From positions 937-64,936 of IMG/VR virus record IMGVR_UViG_3300033064_000306: DNA of 64,000 bases; one strand, given 5' to 3'. The DNA is from a virus (lineage: Duplodnaviria; Caudoviricetes). A model generated the notes under the pieces. That model was not told the origin of the DNA, searched no databases, and was given only the letters and a program-made list of their open reading frames with translations. A program made the translations under genes and the position numbers. Below are positions 56,039 to 64,000 of the stretch, piece after piece (within the stretch, counting starts at the first letter, position 1; each line of letters begins with the position of its first letter).

Positions 56039-58685
56039 GAAAAAAGGACCCTCTCTTGCGATTGGTCGTGGTGAAAAGTTGCCTGTATCTAAGGGCGCTG
56101 GGCTTACCGCCAAAGGCCGTGCTAAGTATAATGCGGCTACTGGCTCGAATCTAAAGGCTCCACAGCCCGAAGGTGGCCCACGGAAAAAGTCATTCTGCGC
56201 ACGTATGTCTGGTATGCCCGGTCCAATGAAAGATGAGAAGGGTAAACCTACTCGTAAAGCGGCTTCACTAGCCCGATGGAAATGCTGATGAAAGACCCAT
56301 TTATGAACATGAACGAAGCAAGCAAACATATTATTGATTTTGCTTCTATTGCAACTGTATTAGGAACCTTGGCTGATATGTTACCTGCTGTTGCCGCAAT
56401 ATTTACGATAGTCTGGACGGTTATTCGCATCTACGAAACTAAGACAGTACAAGGTTGGCTAGGAAAAAAAGATGCCATCAACAAGTAAAAAGCAACATAA
56501 CTTTATGGCAGCAATTGCAAATAATCCAAAATTTGCTAAAAAGGTAGGAGTATCACAGTCAGTAGGTAAAGATTTTAACAACGCCGATAAAGGCAAAACT
56601 TTTAAAGAAGGTGGAACCATGAAAAAGATGAACCCAGGAATGATGGCTATGCTGGCTAAGAAAAAAGCTCCTATGGCTACTAAAGAAATGCCTATGAAAA
56701 AAGGCGGTAAAGTTAAAAAAATGATGGGTGGCGGTATGTATGCTAAAGGCGGCACAGCTAAGAAGACTACAAAGAAAATGACTATGGGTGGAAAGGCTTG
56801 TTAATATGGCACTCAAACCTGTTGACTCTGAAGAAAATCCCGGCTTAGGCAAGTTACCCACAGAAGTGCGTAACAAGATGGGCTATGCTAAAAAAGGTGG
56901 ACTTATGAAACACGAAGATATTAAAAAAGACATGCCAATGATGAAAAAAGTGGCTAAGCAAGAAGTTAAAGCACACGAAAAATCAATGCATAAAATGGCT
57001 AAGGGTGGCGTAACCCGTGCCGATGGCTGCGTTACCAAGGGTCATACAAAAGGCACAATGATTAAGATGACCTCTGGTGGGATGTGCTAATCATGGCTAA
57101 AAAAATAAAACGCTTTGTTAATGGTGGAGGGTCTGGATATACTGGTGATGACCCAATTGTTAAATATCGCATGGGTATGATTGATGCCAAGGGCAATGAC
57201 CTTACTAAAAAGGCTAGTGAACCAACAGTTGAACCAAAAGTTGAAACTGAGACTACACAAGGCCAAAACAAAATGATTGACGATGCAACTCGTGAACGTG
57301 CAATGTCATCTATTACATCTAAAAGCAAATCCGCTACTTCAGAAACACCTAAAGCTAGTAAAGCTACAGTTAAAGCTGTAGAAAAAACAGCAGCTAAAAC
57401 TGAAGAAAAAGAAGAAACACCAACTAAGAAAAGCTCTGTACAAGACGCTAAGGATGTAATAGTCCCTAAAAGCATGTCAATGCCCAAATCGTTTAAAGAC
57501 GCTGGTGGTAACACTAAAGCTACTAAATCTACAGCTAAAATGCCATCTATGGCTATTAACTTACCAGACCCCCTTGCTGGTTTTAATTCAAAAGGAAAGC
57601 GTTATTCTGGTCGTGATATTGAATATCAAGATGCTGGATATAAAAAGGGCGGTAAAGTAAAGTCTGCTTCAGCCCGTGCTGATGGTTGCGCTATTCGTGG
57701 AAAAACGAGGGCATAATGAAAGCACTAAAAAAGGCTGGTTTTTATGATGCAGGAAAAACTAAAGCTGAACGATTAAAAATTATTGATGCTGTCACCACTA
57801 AACCACAGCGGGTAGAGATGGTTGATAAATTATTTTTAAGTAAAAAAATGAAGACGGGTGGTGTAACCCGTGCAGATGGCTGTGCTGTTAAAGGTAAAAC
57901 TAAAGGGCGCATGATATGAGAGCTTCTCGTGGTATGGGCGACATCGCCTCTTCTAAGATGCCTAAAGGTGTTAAAAAAGAACGCAGGGACGACACCGATT
58001 TCACTCAATTTAAGAAAGGTGGATTAGCTCAACAAGCAGCTACGGCTATTGCTATGAAAGCAGCAGGCGTAAAGCCCAAAAAAATGGCTGGCGGCGGTCT
58101 TTATGCCAACATCGCCGCTAAGAAAAAACGTATTGCTTCTGGTTCAGGCGAAAAAATGAAAAGCGTAGGAGACAAAGGCGCACCCAAGAAAGGCGATTTT
58201 GCTAATGCAGCCAAAACAGCTAAGTACGCCGAAGGCGGTACAACTAAGTCTAAGGTAAATGAAGCAGGTAACTACACCAAACCTGATTTACGTAAACGTA
58301 TTTTTAACAGCGTTAAAGCCGCTGCAATCGTAGGTACTGGTGCAGGTCAATGGTCAGCTAGAAAAGCACAAGTAATGGCTAAACGCTATAAAGCCGCTGG
58401 CGGTGGATATCGTGATTAAATGGTTCTGGAGATTAATTAATGGCACTAGCAAAATCACAACAGAGCCTGAAGTCTTGGGGCGACCAGAAGTGGACAACAA
58501 AGTCAGGAAAGAAGTCGTCAGAAACAGGCGAGCGGTACCTGCCAAAAAAAGCAATACAAGCGTTAAGCCCGCAGGAGTACGCAGCAACAACAAAAGCAAA
58601 ACGAGCGGGAAAAGCACAGGGCAAACAGTTTGTGTCTCAGCCAGCAAAAGTAAAAGCAAAAGTAAAACCGTTTAGGAAAATATGA
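56031..58685 (+). CDS. Cluster of small Lys/Met-rich basic proteins (56031-56288, 56472-56804, 56806-57090, 57093-57716, 57716-57919, 57916-58419, 58440-58685) plus a membrane protein (56288-56488)
   Basis: Tightly coupled ORFs sharing [FYM]xxGG and RADGC motifs. Confidence 0.6.
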
Positions 58686-59605
58686 CCACTAAAGGCCAGT
58701 CGATATTTAATCTTGACCTTAACGACATCGTTGAGGAGGCGTTTGAACGTGCGGGATTAGAGCTGCGCACAGGATATGACTTACGTACTGCTCGTCGTTC
58801 AATGAACTTAATGACTATTGAGTGGGCTAATCGTGGTATTAACTTGTGGACTATTGAGCAAGGTCAGATTGTGATGGAGACTGGGCAGCCTGTGTACCCA
58901 CTTCCAGTAGATACGATTGACTTGTTAGATACGGTAGTGCGAACCAATAATGGCGTACAAAGCAACCAGATTGACATCAATATTACCCGTATCTCTGAAT
59001 CTACCTATATCACTATACCTAACAAATTGGCACAAGGCCGACCAATTCAGGTTTGGATTAATCGCCAATCTGGACAAGAAAACCTTAGCACAGCGGTATT
59101 AGCAGCAAGCGTTACCTCTACAGATACAACCATTACACTTAGCTCTACATACAACTTAGCTACAGCAGGGTTTATTAAGATTGGTACCGAAACTATTGGA
59201 TATGCTAACGTGAATGACAATCAGCTTATTAATTGTTATCGTGGGCAAGCAGACACAACAGCGGCAGCACACTTTACTAGCGACACAATTACGGTTCAGA
59301 ATCTACCTGCAATTAATGTATGGCCTAGTCCTAATTCTCCTGGTGACCAATATACATTTGTTTATTACCGTTTGCGCCGTATTCAAGATGCTGGTAATGG
59401 TATTAATACCCAAGATATTCCTTTCCGCTTCCTACCTTGTATGGTAGCTGGACTAGCTTACTTTATTGCAATGAAAAAACCTGAAGTTGATGGGCAAAGA
59501 GTACTGGCGTTAAAAGCCGCATATGATGAGCAATTTGCTTTAGCTGCTGATGAAGACCGGGAAAAAGCCTCTGTTAGATTTGTCCCACGTCAGCTATTCT
59601 ATTGA
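58682..59605 (+). CDS. Putative head-tail adaptor
   Basis: EEAFERAG...EWANRGINLWT; position before tail genes. Confidence 0.5.
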   Translation: MTTKGQSIFNLDLNDIVEEAFERAGLELRTGYDLRTARRSMNLMTIEWANRGINLWTIEQGQIVMETGQPVYPLPVDTIDLLDTVVRTNNGVQSNQIDINITRISESTYITIPNKLAQGRPIQVWINRQSGQENLSTAVLAASVTSTDTTITLSSTYNLATAGFIKIGTETIGYANVNDNQLINCYRGQADTTAAAHFTSDTITVQNLPAINVWPSPNSPGDQYTFVYYRLRRIQDAGNGINTQDIPFRFLPCMVAGLAYFIAMKKPEVDGQRVLALKAAYDEQFALAADEDREKASVRFVPRQLFY

Positions 59606-59613
59606 GGTTATGA

Positions 59614-60042
59614 ATGCCGTCAAAATATGCGTCAGGGAAGTATTCAATTGCCGAGTGCGACCGTTGTGGTCAGCGATATAAACTTAAGGAATTAAAGAAA
59701 GAGGTAATTAAGACCAAGTTGTATCAGATTAAGGTTTGTCCAGCGTGTTGGGATCCAGATCAACCGCAGTTGCAGTTAGGTATGTATCCGGTCAATGACC
59801 CGCAAGCAGTTCGGGAACCAAGACCAGATGTTAGTTATCAACAGTCTGGTAATAACGGATTACAGACTAATATTAATGGTGGTACTGGGGTATATGGTTT
59901 TGGTAATCCAGATATGGGTAGTAGGGTGTTTCAATGGGGTTGGAATCCTGTAGGTGGTGCAAGGTTATTTGATACGGCTTTAACAGAAAATGACTTGATA
60001 GGTAGTACACAAATTGGTACAGTAACGGTAAATATAACTTAG
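59614..60042 (+). CDS. Zn-finger late protein
   Basis: CDRC...CPAC. Confidence 0.55.
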   Translation: MPSKYASGKYSIAECDRCGQRYKLKELKKEVIKTKLYQIKVCPACWDPDQPQLQLGMYPVNDPQAVREPRPDVSYQQSGNNGLQTNINGGTGVYGFGNPDMGSRVFQWGWNPVGGARLFDTALTENDLIGSTQIGTVTVNIT

Positions 60043-60051
60043 GAGTAAATC

Positions 60052-60530
60052 ATGGGATTTAAAAAAGACGCAGATGGCATTACTAAAACAGGTAAAACTA
60101 ATCCAAAGGTTTACCCTAACGATGGCCCAAAAGTAATTCAAAACGGTCCAAAAGCTAATAAAAGTTCTTTAAACAAGAACATGAAAGCTATGGGTCGTAA
60201 CATGGCTCGTTGTGCTAATCAAAGAGGTAGTTAATCATGGCTAAATTTTCTAAAAAAGTAATGGGTAAAGAAGTAGGCTCTGCTGAAGTTTATGCACAGC
60301 CACATACCATGAAAGGCACTGCAATGAGTGCAAAAGACGCAATGAAAGCCGTTAGTCGTAAGCCTGATCCAAACACATTAAAAGCTACTGATATGAAACC
60401 GGGTGGTCAACCAGCCCCACGTGTAAGCGCTGGTGATCCAGATCGTGATGATGTTAAAACTACTGGTATGAAGCAACGTGGATCTGGCGCAGCTACTAAA
60501 GGCTTTACTTCTAGAGGGCCGATGGGCTAA
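60052..60530 (+). CDS. Two small basic proteins (60052-60234, 60237-60530)
   Basis: AGGAG/GAGG RBSs; Lys-rich. Confidence 0.5.
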
Positions 60531-61234
60531 TGAATTACTCAGAACTTTTTACGCAAATACAGACGTACACTGAGAATCAGTTCCCAGACACGTTTGTGCA
60601 GGTAACTACTGGGGGCAGCCAGACTAACGTCAACGCTGTTACCCAGATTAACACCTTTATTATGCAAGCTGAAAAGCGCATTTATAACTCGGTGCAGATA
60701 CCTTCTTTGCGTAAAAACGTTACAGGTAACTGTTCTAGTACCAGCAAATACTTAGCTTGCCCAAATGATTATTTATCTTCATACTCACTAGCGGTTATTA
60801 ATACGGACGGTACATATGAGTATTTACTTAATAAAGACGTAAACTTTATACGTCAAGCCTATCCAAACCCTACTGATACTGGTTTACCTCGTTATTATGC
60901 TTTGTTTGGATCTCGGTTAAATGACCCAACTGAACTTACTTTTATACTTGGGCCGTCGCCCGACGCTAATTACGGGGCAGAGCTACATTACTTCTATTAC
61001 CCAGAATCTATTATAACTAATGGTACTTCTTGGCTTGGTGACAACTACAGCCCTGTATTACTTTATGGTTCTTTGGTAGAGGCGTACACCTACATGAAAG
61101 GTGAAACGGATATGTTAGCAGCCTATAATGCCAAGTATAATGAAGCATTATCACAATTGAATCGTTTGGGAACCGGCCTTGAGCGTGGCGATGCGTACAG
61201 AGACGGACAAGCAAAAATCAGGGTTAACCCTTAA
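60530..61234 (+). CDS. Putative adaptor/tail tubular protein
   Basis: FIMQAEKRI...P.P...LLYGSLVEAY pattern. Confidence 0.5.
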   Translation: MNYSELFTQIQTYTENQFPDTFVQVTTGGSQTNVNAVTQINTFIMQAEKRIYNSVQIPSLRKNVTGNCSSTSKYLACPNDYLSSYSLAVINTDGTYEYLLNKDVNFIRQAYPNPTDTGLPRYYALFGSRLNDPTELTFILGPSPDANYGAELHYFYYPESIITNGTSWLGDNYSPVLLYGSLVEAYTYMKGETDMLAAYNAKYNEALSQLNRLGTGLERGDAYRDGQAKIRVNP

Positions 61235-61252
61235 ATTTAATAGGAGTCAGAA

Positions 61253-62763
61253 ATGGCAATTACTCAAGGCATGGCAGATTCGTTTAAGGTTCAAATCCTT
61301 AGCGGTCAACAAAATCTAGTATCAGGCGCAAGCCCCGTATATAAACTTGCTTTGTATACAAGCTCTGCAACATTAAGCAACGCTACAACCGCTTACACAA
61401 CGGTAAATGAGCAGACTAGTTCATCTTCAAACTACACTGCTGGTGGTAATACACTAACAGTTAGCACAAGCCCAACTTCTACTGGTAACGTAGCGTTTTT
61501 ATCGTTTGCTAACAGCTCTTGGACTAATGCAAATATTACTGCTAATGGCGCTTTGATCTACAACTCAACTGCAAATACGGCTGTTGCGGTCTTGGCTTTT
61601 GGTGGTGATAAGACAGCGACTAACGGTACATTTAGTGTAATCTTTCCTACTGCAGACGCAAGCAACGCTATTATACGAATAGCCTGATCGGAGCTTTAAA
61701 TGGCTCTTGTTTTAAAAGATCGGGTAAAGTCAAATACCGTTACGACTGGTACGGGGACACTTGTCCTTGGTAATGCCGCTTTAGGCTATCAAGGCTTTGA
61801 TGTTATTGGCAATGCTAATTCGACTTACTACACTATTACTGATGCAACATCGGGTGCGTGGGAAGTAGGTATTGGCACGTACTATTCTGGTAACACATCG
61901 TTAACTAGAGATACAGTCCTTTCTTCTAATAATTCAAGCGCATTGGTTAGTTTTCCCGCTGGTACTAAAGACGTATTCGTTACGCAGCCAGCCGAAGTAA
62001 CTGCTATTGGTGGTGGAAATCAAGCCATTCATATTAACCAAACTACAGTAACTGGAAATTACACAATTACTACTGGCACAAACGGTTTCTCTGTAGGCCC
62101 AATAACAACGGCTAACGGGGTATCTGTAACGGTTGGCGCTAACGCTACTTGGGTGGTTATATGAGTACTATATCTGCTGGAAATACAATAACCACTTCAG
62201 TAGTAATTACTGGGGATACTACTGGTAATTTAATATTTACAACTAGTGGGGCAAACACAACTGCTTTAACTATTGACGCAAGTCAAAACGCTACATTTGC
62301 TGGTGGTATAGCCGGTAGTGGCGCTGCTGTTACTTTTCAACAATCTTACGGAGGCTTTTAAATGCCAGCCAATACACTACCAATTTTCCCCAATGTACCG
62401 ATTATCGGTATTGGAAGTTTAGTTTCTAACACGGCAGTTACCGCCCGTACCGTTATTACTGGTACAACAGGTTTAACTCAGGTTACAGCTAATTCGACAA
62501 ACGGCACACGCATTGATGCAATTACTGTTAAAGGTCAAGGCACAACTGTAGCTACAATTCAAGATATTTGGATTAATGACGGCACAAGCTCATACTTGTT
62601 TGATGAGATTTCTTTAGCAGCAACAACAGCAAATACAACAGCTTTTTCAATAGCAAATACAGTTTCTTATACAACGCTGACTTTGCCGCCTACATATCGT
62701 TTGTTTACTTCACAGCAAGTATCGGCTAACGTAACTGTTATTGCCTTTGGCGGAACCTACTAA
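61253..62763 (+). CDS. Four tail/virion structural genes (61253-61687, 61700-62164, 62161-62361, 62362-62763)
   Basis: RBSs; Thr/Asn/Gly-rich beta composition; tail module. Confidence 0.55.
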
Positions 62764-62765
62764 AA

Positions 62766-62975
62766 ATGTCATTTGCTAAGTCGTTTCAGCAAGACGCTAA
62801 TATAACGACACAGACCAATCTTATTGACATGAGTATAAATACCGGAGCCTTAGTAGTTCCGGTGGGTACGACTGCGCAACGTCCTAAAGCACCAACTAGT
62901 GGGATGATGCGGTACAACACAACGATTCCACAACTAGAGATTTATATTGGAGCACTTTGGAACGCATTGCCATGA
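62766..62975 (+). CDS. Short GTTAQRP-module protein
   Basis: Similar to the N-terminus of the next gene; ATGA overlap. Confidence 0.6.
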   Translation: MSFAKSFQQDANITTQTNLIDMSINTGALVVPVGTTAQRPKAPTSGMMRYNTTIPQLEIYIGALWNALP

Positions 62976-63946
62976 CTTTTAATAAATCTTTTAAGCAAGA
63001 CGCTGTTATTGCAGCTAAAAGTGGCATTGTGGATACTAGCTCCAGTAATGGAAGTATTGCTATTCCTGTTGGAACTACAGCGCAAAGACCTGTAACACCT
63101 ATAAACGGCATGATCCGTTACAACACAACTACCAATTCAATGGAAGGTTATATTACAGGCGCTTGGACAGTTATTAAATCTGGCGCATATTCAGCCTCGT
63201 ATTTAGTTGTTGCTGGCGGTGGGGGAGGCAGCGGCGCAATTGGCGGTGGTGGTGGTGGTGGTGGTTTCTTAACCGATACAGTTTCTGTTACTCCCGGTAC
63301 ATCTTATACAGTTACAGTAGGCGGTGGTGGTGCTGGAGCAGCGGCGGGATCTGATGGACAAAGTGGAGCCCAAGGTGGAAATAGTGTTTTTTCTACATTT
63401 ATTTCAATTGGTGGGGGACTTGGCTCACAGGGAAATGGTGGCTCAGGTGGTGGAGCTGGAAGAGGTCCGGGAGCAGTTGGTGGTTCTGGTACCGTAGGAC
63501 AAGGAAATAATGGCGGCGCTGGTGCTGGTAACGATAATGCTGGCGGTGGTGGTGGTGGCGCAGGAGCAGTTGGTGGTAATGGATCAGGAAGTTCTGGCGG
63601 TGGTGGTGGCGCTGGATCTGCATCTTCAATATCAGGAACAAGTACCACATATTCTGGCGGTGGTGGTGGCGGCGCCCGTACGGGCAGTGGTGGTGGAGGT
63701 GGCGCTGGTGGAGGCGGTAATGGAACCGGTAGTAGTACTGGAGGTGGTGCAGGTACAGCCAATACCGGTGGTGGAGGTGGCGCAGCGGGTTTTTCTGGCA
63801 CGTTCCCTACTGGTGGTGCTGGTGGTTCTGGCATTGTTATAATTGCATATACATCTGCAACTCAAAAAGGAACTGGTGGTACGGTTACTTCATCAGGCGG
63901 AAATTATATTCATACTTTCACTTCTAGCGGTACTTACACGGCTTAA
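62972..63946 (+). CDS. Glycine-rich tail fibre/adhesin with GTTAQRP module
   Basis: YLVVAGGGGG...HTFTSSGTYTA. Confidence 0.7.
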   Translation: MTFNKSFKQDAVIAAKSGIVDTSSSNGSIAIPVGTTAQRPVTPINGMIRYNTTTNSMEGYITGAWTVIKSGAYSASYLVVAGGGGGSGAIGGGGGGGGFLTDTVSVTPGTSYTVTVGGGGAGAAAGSDGQSGAQGGNSVFSTFISIGGGLGSQGNGGSGGGAGRGPGAVGGSGTVGQGNNGGAGAGNDNAGGGGGGAGAVGGNGSGSSGGGGGAGSASSISGTSTTYSGGGGGGARTGSGGGGGAGGGGNGTGSSTGGGAGTANTGGGGGAAGFSGTFPTGGAGGSGIVIIAYTSATQKGTGGTVTSSGGNYIHTFTSSGTYTA

Positions 63947-63960
63947 CAAAGGAGATTCTA

Positions 63961-64000
63961 ATGATTACCCAAAACCTCCTACAAGAACTGTTTGATTACA
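63961..64000 (+). CDS. Start of a gene cut by the window edge, possibly an HNH homing endonuclease
   Basis: AAGGAG RBS; MITQNLLQELFDY resembles phage HNH N-termini, but only 13 codons are visible. Confidence 0.3.
   Translation, partial: MITQNLLQELFDY

Noticed and set aside
58403-58675. Overlapping 90-aa ORF
   Set aside because: Alternate frame of 58440-58685, which fits the basic-protein cluster and couples to the next gene.
63304-63865. Pro-rich antisense and Val-rich alternate-frame ORFs over Gly-rich genes (also 390-868, 4464-4933)
   Set aside because: Shadow frames of GGT/GGC repeats, which lack stops; no RBS.

Overview
The window is most of a circularly permuted dsDNA tailed-phage genome. 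Both ends fall in the tail-fibre region, so the genome is somewhat longer than 64 kb. It looks podovirus-like: P22-type portal and tail proteins, large ejection proteins, no tape-measure or sheath gene. The + strand late arm (46.5-64 kb, continuing 1-20.2 kb) carries terminase, portal, GroES, scaffold, capsid, a cluster of small basic proteins, adaptors, four glycine-rich fibre/adhesin paralogs, a lysis cassette with a GH108 endolysin, and ejection proteins including a 2072-aa polyvalent protein. The - strand arm (45.9 to 20.2 kb) carries early genes (MoxR-type AAA ATPase, VWA/metallopeptidase, many orphans), then family A DNA polymerase, Cas4-like nuclease, a glycan-modification cluster, SNF2 helicase, putative SSB and primase-helicase. 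I saw no integrase, RNA polymerase, DNA methyltransferase, tRNA or CRISPR array. The most unusual part is the early end (35-46 kb). It has about 10 kb free of GATC/CCGG/GGCC by eye, bracketed and punctuated by nine copies of a 29-bp palindrome, plus an iteron-like and IHF region. It then switches abruptly to an 835-bp unit with 18 CCWGG sites, mostly made by synonymous codon choice, whose protein is a paralog of the adjacent site-free gene. All motif counts are manual reads; functional calls come from motif recognition, not database searches.
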